The notes beneath the pieces are model-generated. The model was not told where the DNA came from, did no database searches, and saw nothing but the letters and a program-made list of their open reading frames with translations. Positions 27,715 to 35,838 of a stretch of DNA of 39,632 nucleotides are shown piece after piece. Numbering within the stretch: position 1 is the stretch's first letter; each line of letters begins with the position of its first letter. The stretch lies in NCBI GenBank assembly GCA_958295675.1, contig OY282360.1:424394-464025 (forward strand), in the 5' to 3' direction. Position numbers and translations under genes: made by a program. This DNA comes from Minisyncoccota bacterium (GTDB lineage Bacteria > Patescibacteriota > Minisyncoccia > Phycocordibacterales > JABAAK01).

Positions 27715-28413
27715 ATGAAACTATGCACACTTTTGAGTGCGTTTGTATGCACCCTGTTTCTGAGCGTTTCGGCACATGCCGAACAGAGGATCAATCACAA
27801 CACACCACCAGAAGTTCTCGCCGTCATGGCAGAGGATACAAATGTGCGTGTTCGGCGAGAGGTCGCTCGCAATGACAACACACCGCCGGCATCGCTCGCC
27901 GTCCTGGCAAAGGATGCGGATGTGGGTGTCCGGCAATGGATTGCTGGCAACGACAACACACCGCCGGCATCGCTCGCCGTCCTGGCAGAAGATACAGGTG
28001 TGTATGTTCGGCGAGGGGCTGCTGGCAACGACAACACACCACCGGACATTCTCACCAAACTGGCGAAAGATGAAAATGTACATGTTCGGGCAGCACTTGC
28101 TTCCAACGGCAGCACACCGCCGGCATCGCTCGCCGTTCTGGCGACGGATGTGGATGTGTATGTTCGACGATTGGTTGCTGGCAATGACAACACACCGCCG
28201 GCATCCCTCGCCGTTCTGGCGACGGATGCGGATGCGTCTGTTCGGCGTACGGCTGCTCGGCATCCCAACACGCCGCCGGCAACGCTCGCCATCCTAGCGA
28301 CGGATGCAAATATGCGTGTTCGGCGAGAGGTCGCTCGCAATGACAACACACCGCCGGCATCCCTCGCCGTCATGGCAGAGGATGTAAATGTACAAGCGAT
28401 TCTTGTGGAATAA
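27715..28413 (+). CDS. Secreted LRV/HEAT-like repeat protein, 232 aa
   Basis: AAGGAG SD, Sec-type signal MKLCTLLSAFVCTLFLSVSAHA|EQ, ~8 26-aa (78-nt) repeats 'NDNTPPASLAVLAxDxxxxVRxxxA'. Confidence 0.85.
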   Translation: MKLCTLLSAFVCTLFLSVSAHAEQRINHNTPPEVLAVMAEDTNVRVRREVARNDNTPPASLAVLAKDADVGVRQWIAGNDNTPPASLAVLAEDTGVYVRRGAAGNDNTPPDILTKLAKDENVHVRAALASNGSTPPASLAVLATDVDVYVRRLVAGNDNTPPASLAVLATDADASVRRTAARHPNTPPATLAILATDANMRVRREVARNDNTPPASLAVMAEDVNVQAILVE

Positions 28414-28432
28414 CTACTCATCCATTCGCTCA

Positions 28433-28481
28433 AGAGGAATTATTCCTCAACTCATCCCACCAGTGGAAACGCTGGTGGGAT
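28433..28481 (+). repeat. 28-bp hairpin boundary repeat, copy 7, with adjacent palindrome GAGGAAT-N-ATTCCTC
   Basis: ATCCCACCAGTG-GAAA-CGCTGGTGGGAT at 28454-28481 then T-run. Confidence 0.9.
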
Positions 28482-28551
28482 ATTTTTTATTCTTTTTGTT
28501 TTTAGCTTGATATATCAAACTATTATACTCCTATACTTTTTTAGAAAAATA

Positions 28552-29715
28552 CTATTGTTCATAGCCATACCGACAGACAAGTGTATTTACAATCACACTA
28601 TTGGTTGCATAACTGAACGGCAATACAGCATCGGATAGGTATTTTTTTCTGAATGCCTCAGCTTCACCAGTATGTACACCGGCAAGACTGTAGGCAATCT
28701 CTCTTATATTAAGACCATTTTCCATTAACTCCTTCCGCAATGCCATCGACTCCAGTGTACCGACACCTGCGAGAGACATAGCAACGCAATACAGTTTTGA
28801 TGTTTCAGGTGAAAGGATACCTATCGAAAAAGAGCGGGAAGTAGTATATCCCAAATCAAAACTATCTTCCAATATCTCCTTCCGCATCGTCATTGCTTCA
28901 GATGTTTTAATGCCAACAAGACTGGTCACTATAATCACAGGATGAACTTTATTTTGTCTAAATATCTTCTTTCGCATCGCCATCGATTCTGATGTCTCAA
29001 CACCAGGAAGACCAATATCAATTCGTCCAGTGGAATCATTTTCTAATAATTTCTCCCACATCACCATCGCCTCAGGAGTATCAACGCCACTGAGACCATC
29101 AGCAATATCTCGTAAATCAATATTTTCTTTAAACAACTTATTCCGCATCGCCATTGACTCTGGTGTACCGACACCTACGAGACTTTGAGCAATCGCACCA
29201 GAATCAACAACACCCCGTTCCAGCAAATCTGCCCGCATTGCCATTGACTCTGGTGTACCGACACCTGCGAGACTTCGAGCAATCGCACCAGAATCAACAA
29301 CACCCCGTTCCAGCAAATCTGCCCGCATTGCCATTGACTCTGGTGTACCGACACCTGCGAGACTTCGAGCAATCGCACCAGAATCAACAACATCCTGTTC
29401 AAGCAAATCTTTCCGCATTCTCATCGATTCGGGTGTGCCAATGCCGACAAGGGCGTCGACAATATATTCAGGGTCAGTTTTTTTGCGTTCCCATAATCCT
29501 TTCAGCACACGAGTGACATGAAACGCGGGAAGTTTGTTAATCTTTTCAATCGTGGCTAGAATTTCCTTCTTTTTTGTGTCAAATCTCTCTTTCGCTATTT
29601 CTGCTTCTGTTGAATGTATACCGTGGTGGAAAAGATTTGTTATGTACTGCTCTTTCAGTGTTCCGAGTATGCTGTACTGTTTCTGGAAATCTGTGCAGTG
29701 TTCTGCCATGTTCAT
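28552..29715 (-). CDS. Uncharacterised alpha-helical (HEAT-like) repeat protein, paralog B
   Basis: Nine ~29-30-aa repeats; homologous to 16808-17923; start 29715 by alignment. Confidence 0.85.
   Translation of the reverse strand: MNMAEHCTDFQKQYSILGTLKEQYITNLFHHGIHSTEAEIAKERFDTKKKEILATIEKINKLPAFHVTRVLKGLWERKKTDPEYIVDALVGIGTPESMRMRKDLLEQDVVDSGAIARSLAGVGTPESMAMRADLLERGVVDSGAIARSLAGVGTPESMAMRADLLERGVVDSGAIAQSLVGVGTPESMAMRNKLFKENIDLRDIADGLSGVDTPEAMVMWEKLLENDSTGRIDIGLPGVETSESMAMRKKIFRQNKVHPVIIVTSLVGIKTSEAMTMRKEILEDSFDLGYTTSRSFSIGILSPETSKLYCVAMSLAGVGTLESMALRKELMENGLNIREIAYSLAGVHTGEAEAFRKKYLSDAVLPFSYATNSVIVNTLVCRYGYEQ
29150..29419 (-). repeat. 90-bp tandem repeat, ~3 copies
   Basis: Units start 29150, 29240, 29330; encode 'VVDSGAIARSLAGVGTPESMAMRADLLERG', near-identical at DNA level. 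Confidence 0.95.
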
Positions 29716-29745
29716 ACACATGCACTATACCACACTCATCATGTA

Positions 29746-30156
29746 CTACCGTTTACTCCACTGCGGAGCGCGGCGCGCTTTACGCAGTCCAAACTTCTTT
29801 CTTTCTTTCTTTCTAGGATCTCTGGTCAGAAAACCAAGAACTTTAAATCGTTTTCGATCTTCCGGATTATGTGCGACAAATGCACGGGTAAGCCCGTGAC
29901 GGATTGCCTCTGCATGTGACGAAATACCTCCGCCTTTCACAACAATAGTCGCTCCTATATCTTTATACTCCTCATTTTCTTCAAACGGCTGAAGTGCGGT
30001 TTTGAGAAGTTTTTCTGTCGGCAAGTATTCCTCTATGGGCTTTCCGTTCACCTGCACTATCTTATTAATTTTTGAAATACGAACACGAGCGACTGAAGTT
30101 TTTCGTCTGCCTATCGCTTCTATATACCCGCCTCGTTGTATGTGATTCTCTACCAT
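29746..30156 (-). CDS. rpsI: 30S ribosomal protein S9
   Basis: 'GRRKTSVARV', 'LTRDPRKKERKKFGLRKARRAPQWSKR'. Confidence 0.97.
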   Translation of the reverse strand: MVENHIQRGGYIEAIGRRKTSVARVRISKINKIVQVNGKPIEEYLPTEKLLKTALQPFEENEEYKDIGATIVVKGGGISSHAEAIRHGLTRAFVAHNPEDRKRFKVLGFLTRDPRKKERKKFGLRKARRAPQWSKR

Positions 30157-30160
30157 AGTA

Positions 30161-30520
30161 TTAACCTTGTATGTGTAATTTCTTCATCTTAACACGCCTG
30201 AGGCGATTATCAGGAAGCATGCCATACACCGCCCTGCGAAGCACTTCCTGATATCCTTTATCAATAATAACCTGCTCCAAAGTTTCTTCTCTACGACCGC
30301 CAAAATAACCGGTATATCTATCATATACCTTGCCTTTCTTTTTTCTCTCGGTAATCTGCATGTGAGACACATTAGAGACCTCTACAATCACATCAGAGGG
30401 ATGATTCGGTACATACATAACAGTATTCTTACCATTAAGCACAGTGGCGATATCAGATGCAAGCCGACCGAGTCGTTTTCCGGTCGCATCAAAAGTAATT
30501 TTTTTTGTTATCGCATTCAT
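30161..30520 (-). CDS. rplM: 50S ribosomal protein L13
   Basis: 'DATGKRLGRLAS', 'YTGYFGG', 'AVYGMLP'. Confidence 0.95.
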   Translation of the reverse strand: MNAITKKITFDATGKRLGRLASDIATVLNGKNTVMYVPNHPSDVIVEVSNVSHMQITERKKKGKVYDRYTGYFGGRREETLEQVIIDKGYQEVLRRAVYGMLPDNRLRRVKMKKLHIQG

Positions 30521-30523
30521 ACA

Positions 30524-30877
30524 CTATACAAACTCAATAATAGCTGTTGTCCGTCCTGATCCGGGAATGCGTTCAAATTTAATTATCCGGGTGTAGCCAC
30601 CCTTTCTATCCCGATACTTAGGACCTAAATCCCGCATAAGTTTGCTGACTATCATGGTATCATTGTTGAAACGGGAAAGCAAAAAACGACGGTTTGCTAA
30701 GGTATCTGAGGATGCTCTTGTTACTAATTTCTCAACATACGGACGGACACTCTTCGCTTTCGCTTCAGTAGTGGTGATGCGTTCGTGTAGAATAACAGAG
30801 CGTGATAGAGAACGCATCAGATGCTTCCGTTGATCCCGTTTTCTTCCGAATTTTCGTGTTCTGCCCTGATAACTCAT
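30524..30877 (-). CDS. rplQ: 50S ribosomal protein L17
   Basis: 'HERITTTEAKAK', 'RKGGYTRIIK'. Confidence 0.97.
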   Translation of the reverse strand: MSYQGRTRKFGRKRDQRKHLMRSLSRSVILHERITTTEAKAKSVRPYVEKLVTRASSDTLANRRFLLSRFNNDTMIVSKLMRDLGPKYRDRKGGYTRIIKFERIPGSGRTTAIIEFV

Positions 30878-30883
30878 ATATAA

Positions 30884-31831
30884 TTAGTCCCTATCCTTAA
30901 GTACAACACCTCTATCCTCAAGACAGTCCTTAATTTCCTCAACCGCTTTCACACCTATACCGGGAAGATCACGGATACCGGAAACTCCTTTCTTCAGAAT
31001 ATCCATGACTGTCTTTATATTATTACTTTCAAGAATAGATGTGACACTCGCACTCAACTCTAAATCTTCAATGTTAATGGTTTTCATGTTATCCTCCGCT
31101 TCTTTTTCCATTTCTTTCATTCTATCACCATCATCCGCTTGAAACCCGAGCATCGCTTCAAACTGAAATATCATAGTACGCAGCACTTTTTCAAGTGCAT
31201 CCCGCGGTGTAATTGTGCCGTCAGTTTCAATAAAAATATTGAGGCGATTAAAATCAGTCCTGTCGCCGACACGCATATTATGCACTTCATATGATGATCG
31301 TTTCACAGGAGAAAAAATAGCATCCACAACTATTGAACCGACAGATGAATCTTCACTGAAATCTTCACGCGGACGAAATCCGACACCGCTATGCACATCC
31401 GCTTCAATCTGCAGTTCTGCTGTACTGTCAGTTATTTCAGCGATCACAATATCTTTATTAATAATATCCAATTGTGACGGTACTTCAAAATCACCTGCCA
31501 CAACAATACCTTTACCTTTTTTCTTCAGAATCATTGTTTGCGGAAAAGTATCAGTATTCGCTTTTACCCGTATATTTTTCATATTCATGATAATAGTAAG
31601 CACATCAGGTTTTATACCATCTATGGTTGAAAATTCATGTGGTACACCGCGAATACGGATTGTAGTGATTGCAGCCCCGGAAACGGAAGAAAGAAGCATG
31701 CGACGAAGCGCATTACCAAGTGTGTTGCCGTATCCGGGATACAAGCCGGATATTTCATAAGTGCCTTCTGTGTCCGTCTCTTCAACCATTTCCGGTTTTG
31801 AAGGGATTGCTATGTTCAAATACTCAGTCAT
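30884..31831 (-). CDS. rpoA: RNA polymerase subunit alpha
   Basis: 'GYGNTLGNALRRMLLSS', 'HEFSTIDG', 'DAIFSPV', 'RVGDRTDF'. Confidence 0.97.
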   Translation of the reverse strand: MTEYLNIAIPSKPEMVEETDTEGTYEISGLYPGYGNTLGNALRRMLLSSVSGAAITTIRIRGVPHEFSTIDGIKPDVLTIIMNMKNIRVKANTDTFPQTMILKKKGKGIVVAGDFEVPSQLDIINKDIVIAEITDSTAELQIEADVHSGVGFRPREDFSEDSSVGSIVVDAIFSPVKRSSYEVHNMRVGDRTDFNRLNIFIETDGTITPRDALEKVLRTMIFQFEAMLGFQADDGDRMKEMEKEAEDNMKTINIEDLELSASVTSILESNNIKTVMDILKKGVSGIRDLPGIGVKAVEEIKDCLEDRGVVLKDRD

Positions 31832-31848
31832 ATATACAGTAAGTAAAG

Positions 31849-32463
31849 TTAACGGGAGTAATATTCCAAAATAATAGGAATTGAAAAAATATCGTCACTG
31901 ATAACCGGTTTCTCGGAAACGGCACCTTGACGGGACCTTGCATTCCAGGAAACCCAACCGACACGCGGACGGATAAAACTACCGGAAAGCATGGATTCAA
32001 AGAGCGGTATGCGCAAGCTTCCTTCGCGAATACTGATAATATCACTATCACAAACCTGATACGATGGGACGGTAATCTTTCGATTATTCACCAAAAAATG
32101 TCCGTGTGAGACCATTTGTCGCGCCATTCGCCGTGTCGGTGCAAGACCAATCTGGTACACAACATTATCAAGGCGACGCTCTAAAAGTTCACCCAGCGTA
32201 TCTTCAGCAGAACTATCTCGCACCGAAACTGCTTTTTTGACATAGTTCTTTAATACGCGCTCAGAAATACCGTACAAATAACGAACTTTTTGTTTTTCGG
32301 CAAGCTGTTTGGCGTAATCAGAGAGTATGCCGCCGCCACGACCACGACCACGACGTTTTGGAGTACGCTGTTGTTCACGCAAAACAAACTTCTGTGACTG
32401 ACACTTTTCAAACAGAGGTGCTTGAAGACGACGACTGATTTTATATTTTTTTACTTTCTTCAT
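31849..32463 (-). CDS. rpsD: 30S ribosomal protein S4
   Basis: 'SDYAKQLAEKQK', 'LERRLDNVVY', 'ARQMVSHGH'; start 32463. Confidence 0.97.
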   Translation of the reverse strand: MKKVKKYKISRRLQAPLFEKCQSQKFVLREQQRTPKRRGRGRGGGILSDYAKQLAEKQKVRYLYGISERVLKNYVKKAVSVRDSSAEDTLGELLERRLDNVVYQIGLAPTRRMARQMVSHGHFLVNNRKITVPSYQVCDSDIISIREGSLRIPLFESMLSGSFIRPRVGWVSWNARSRQGAVSEKPVISDDIFSIPIILEYYSR

Positions 32464-32467
32464 ATAA

Positions 32468-32905
32468 TTACACTCGTCTTGGTTTTTTTCTGCGCGGACC
32501 GTTGTGCGGTACAGGAGTCCTGTCTCGTATTGAATGTACCGCAAAACCTCTGTTCAAAAATGAACGAAGTGCGGATTCTCTTCCGCCGCCAACACCTTTT
32601 ACAATAATATCTATATCCCTCACCCCGATTACTGTCGCCTTCTCTGCAATTGCGTCGGCAACTTTCGCCGCGGCATAAGGTGTTGCTTTCTTTGCGCTAC
32701 TAAAGCCAAGCGTGCTACTTGTGACCCACATCACAACATTACCGTTTTTCTCAGTGAACAACACTTTGGTATTGTTAAAAGATGCTTCAATAAAAACAAT
32801 GCCTTTGCCGATCTTCTTCTTAGGAATCTTTGCCAAAACTCTGGAACGCTTTCCAGAATCAGCCCTTCCTTGCTCCGCTTTGTTCGCTGTCCGTTTCTTA
32901 CCCAT
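32468..32905 (-). CDS. rpsK: 30S ribosomal protein S11
   Basis: 'ASFNNT', 'TPYAA', 'DRTPVPHNG'. Confidence 0.97.
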   Translation of the reverse strand: MGKKRTANKAEQGRADSGKRSRVLAKIPKKKIGKGIVFIEASFNNTKVLFTEKNGNVVMWVTSSTLGFSSAKKATPYAAAKVADAIAEKATVIGVRDIDIIVKGVGGGRESALRSFLNRGFAVHSIRDRTPVPHNGPRRKKPRRV

Positions 32906-32906
32906 A

Positions 32907-33284
32907 TTACTTCTTCTGTAATTTCACACGACCGGAACCCATGGTTTTTCTCGGACCCTTTCTTGTCCGTGCATTTGTCTTTGTCTTCTGACCGCGAACC
33001 GGCAAACCAACGCTATGCAAATAACCACGCAATGTTCGCATGTCTTTCAGGCGTTTTATATCCCGTGACATGGAACGCCGTAAATCTCCCTCAACAGTAA
33101 ACGATTCAACTTTTTTGCGCAACAGCATCTCTTGTTCCGGAGATAAATTCTCTGCCTTAAAAGAGGGGTCAATTGCCAACTCATTCAAAATGGCAAGAGA
33201 TCTGGAACGACCAATACCATACACTGTGGTAAGTGCAATTGAGAGATGTTTTTTTTCTGGTACATTTACTCCGACAATACGCAT
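32907..33284 (-). CDS. rpsM: 30S ribosomal protein S13
   Basis: 'RIVGVNVP', 'VEGDLRR', 'GLPVRGQKTKTNARTRKG'. Confidence 0.97.
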   Translation of the reverse strand: MRIVGVNVPEKKHLSIALTTVYGIGRSRSLAILNELAIDPSFKAENLSPEQEMLLRKKVESFTVEGDLRRSMSRDIKRLKDMRTLRGYLHSVGLPVRGQKTKTNARTRKGPRKTMGSGRVKLQKK

Positions 33285-33287
33285 AAA

Positions 33288-33404
33288 TTATTTCTGCCGC
33301 ATTTTTCTGCGGGGATTTACCTTATTAATAAGATACAAACGACCCTTTCTTCGCACAATCTTATCGTGTCGATCCTGTTTCTTAATGGAAGTTCGTACCT
33401 TCAT
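33288..33404 (-). CDS. rpmJ: 50S ribosomal protein L36 (Cys-free form)
   Basis: [38 protein letters not shown] at the end of ORF 33288-33626; between infA and rpsM. Confidence 0.93.
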   Translation of the reverse strand: MKVRTSIKKQDRHDKIVRRKGRLYLINKVNPRRKMRQK

Positions 33405-33429
33405 AATGCATGGTATATCAATGAGATAA

Positions 33430-33651
33430 TCATAGACGGCGAATAATGCGCGCTCTTTCCCCTTGAGAATCCAAAACAAGAGAGACCTTATCGCCCACAA
33501 GAATTTTGATGCGGTTAGTCCGCATTCGCCCTGACAGGTAAGCAAGTACTTGGTTATCTGTGCCTTCCACTGTAACACGAAACAAAGTGTTCGGAAGTGT
33601 CTCATCAACACTGCCCACGACTTCACTAATTGTATTTTTTTGTGTTGTCAC
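33430..33651 (-). CDS. infA: Translation initiation factor IF-1
   Basis: '[10 protein letters not shown]', '[16 protein letters not shown]'; GTG start. Confidence 0.95.
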   Translation of the reverse strand: MTTQKNTISEVVGSVDETLPNTLFRVTVEGTDNQVLAYLSGRMRTNRIKILVGDKVSLVLDSQGERARIIRRL

Positions 33652-33664
33652 AATGGATAAAGAA

Positions 33665-33694
33665 ATTATAACACGATATAAAAAAAATATGCAA
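33665..33694 (-). promoter_or_regulatory. Putative promoter of the infA operon: TTGCAT-N18-TATAAT with extended TG
   Basis: Consensus -10 at 33670-33665, 13 nt upstream of infA. Confidence 0.55.
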
Positions 33695-33817
33695 GGATAT
33701 GTGAATAACTAATACAATTAAGAGTAGATTCAAAAATACCATTAAAAAAATATATGTCAATAAATCTACAAAGACGGGGGATCTGCTCTCGTTAGCTTAT
33801 GTAATGAAAAAATAGAT

Positions 33818-35788
33818 TCAAGGCGTGACGGAAGGACACAGTGCATGAATTTCAGATTCAATATCGCTAAATACTCGTTCAACTCTCTCCTGTTCTTTTG
33901 ATGAGGCTATTTGTTCTCTTTGTTCGCTATTCATTTCACTAACATCAGGAAGAGCATGTTCAGGTGGCTGACCGAAAGCATACTCAGCAGTTTTTTCTTT
34001 ATAAATAAAGTTTTTTGCTGTGTCATCAAAACCGGTATCCTCCCTGAAAAAGTTGTAGAGATCATGGAATACTCCGCGTATAAAGTTACGATCTTTTTCG
34101 CTATCGTCAGGTATGCTATTAACATACTCTTCTAAATGGTAATCCAAGGGTTTTCGATACGCATCTTTCTGCCACGCATCCAAAATATTGATAAGGTTGC
34201 GTACGGAAGGCACGTATTTCTCCAGTTGAAAACTTCCTTGAAACTCCTCATCATTGAGTTCAATATCTGTCTTTTTGCCGGAAAAATTATCCTGTAATGC
34301 GCGGGATGCTTTTGCAAGTTCCCATAACTTGTCCATGGATTCATCAGAAAGGTGTATATTACCCTTCCTGTCCATAACTTTAGCGAGAAAAAGATGAAAT
34401 AGTTCATTGCTATTTTTCCATTTATTGTTTTCAGTTCGCTCTTCCTCTTCATTATTCAGTACGAGTGATCCTTTTGTATGCTGGGGCAAATAGTCATATG
34501 TGATTTCCTTCATTCTATTTCGTAAAGCAGGACTGATATCCTTGACGCCAACATACACTGCTTGTGAAGAATCCGTTTTGAGGTTACCCGTAAAGATAAC
34601 ATTAAACCCTTTCCTTACATGCACTTCTTTACCTCCATTGTGGCGTAAAGTAATAACACTCTTCTCTCTATCAGAACCCATTCTCACAGAGGAAAGAATA
34701 TGGTTAAGCGAAATAAGGGTTTCGTGTGGTATTGCGTTCGCTTCGTCAATGATTAAAACCTTGCCTTCTTCCATTGCTTTATAAACAGGACCATACTCAA
34801 ATTTAGTACTCACACCGCCCTTCTGGAGATTCGCGTTGACTTCAGCCATTATAATATCCCATTCTCTATCAGACGCTTTAGCAAATTCTTCAGAATCTGA
34901 AAATGTATGTTCATTTTCCTTAAGCCAGTCCTGAAATCTTGCTTTTGCTTCAGCTGTTACTTTCTCCGATGAATCAGATTCAGTAGCGGAGGAATCCAAT
35001 ACATACCGACCGAATAAATCCATGCGCGTAACATTTTCATCACCGCTAATCAAATAATACATATCTCCTTTTTCCTTTCCTTCTTCCCCATATTTCAGCC
35101 CATGTATATTACAATATGATTCCTCAGCAGCTTGCTTGGCGAGTTCTGTCTTACCGCCACCGGTATGACCTGTAAGATAAACGGGTTGCGCTTCATAAAT
35201 ATTTTTTAACACTTGATCCATTACATGTTGCACATACGGAGTTTTGACCAATTCAGCGCGCTGCAAAGCTCTCTTATATTTTCGTAAAATAAGAAGATGG
35301 TGAACATACCATAACTCAGGGTTACTGTCCAGCATGGTCTCTAATTCATTTTCCTGCTTTTCCCGCATTTTTTGCACTGCTGAAAGCGCACCCTCAATCT
35401 GAGAACTTGTAAGTCCACGACGGGTTAAATTCAGGTATTCTTGTAAAAATTTCTCCTCCAGATCTTCTGTTTGTCTTCTATCTTTCAAAAGAGAGCGGTA
35501 TTCCTTTGAACGCATATTCTCCTGTTTCACATCCATCAGCAATTGTTCCTCTTCACTTTGCGGAGCAACATATTCTTCTTCCGTTTCCGGTATAGCACTA
35601 ACCATGTCATCAATGTCAACAACACCGTATTTAACACCCAGTGCTCGATACGCTCCATGCTCATCTGCAAGCATTTCCGAAACCTCTGATCCTACACGAT
35701 TATCACCAAAACGATTCACTCTCTGTTCTTCCCGGTTTGCTAACCGACTTCGTACCGCATCTTTGGTTTTTCTTTCAAAGACATCCAT
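33818..35788 (-). CDS. MoxR/dynein-related AAA+ ATPase
   Basis: Walker A 'GHTGGGKT', Walker B 'LIIDEAN', sensor 'FNVIFTGN', Arg finger 'SPALRNR', 'PSVRNL'; long helical N-terminus. Confidence 0.85.
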   Translation of the reverse strand: MDVFERKTKDAVRSRLANREEQRVNRFGDNRVGSEVSEMLADEHGAYRALGVKYGVVDIDDMVSAIPETEEEYVAPQSEEEQLLMDVKQENMRSKEYRSLLKDRRQTEDLEEKFLQEYLNLTRRGLTSSQIEGALSAVQKMREKQENELETMLDSNPELWYVHHLLILRKYKRALQRAELVKTPYVQHVMDQVLKNIYEAQPVYLTGHTGGGKTELAKQAAEESYCNIHGLKYGEEGKEKGDMYYLISGDENVTRMDLFGRYVLDSSATESDSSEKVTAEAKARFQDWLKENEHTFSDSEEFAKASDREWDIIMAEVNANLQKGGVSTKFEYGPVYKAMEEGKVLIIDEANAIPHETLISLNHILSSVRMGSDREKSVITLRHNGGKEVHVRKGFNVIFTGNLKTDSSQAVYVGVKDISPALRNRMKEITYDYLPQHTKGSLVLNNEEEERTENNKWKNSNELFHLFLAKVMDRKGNIHLSDESMDKLWELAKASRALQDNFSGKKTDIELNDEEFQGSFQLEKYVPSVRNLINILDAWQKDAYRKPLDYHLEEYVNSIPDDSEKDRNFIRGVFHDLYNFFREDTGFDDTAKNFIYKEKTAEYAFGQPPEHALPDVSEMNSEQREQIASSKEQERVERVFSDIESEIHALCPSVTP

Positions 35789-35838
35789 ATATTAAAGTAT
35801 ACAAGAAATAACAAGAGATAACCAGTTTTTCCACAAAA

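Noticed and set aside
27721-28433. Long alternative-frame and antisense ORFs over LRV genes (also 18551-19335)
   Set aside because: Stop-poor GC-rich tandem repeats generate shadow ORFs; they lack start signals.
18012-28481. 28-bp palindromic repeats as a CRISPR array
   Set aside because: Intervals are about 300-930 bp and contain whole genes; no cas genes in the window.
26286-28481. Classical integron attC cassette array
   Set aside because: No RYYYAAC/GTTRRRY boxes or extrahelical-base pattern around the hairpins, the stem is short, and no intI is present. Only the architecture is analogous.
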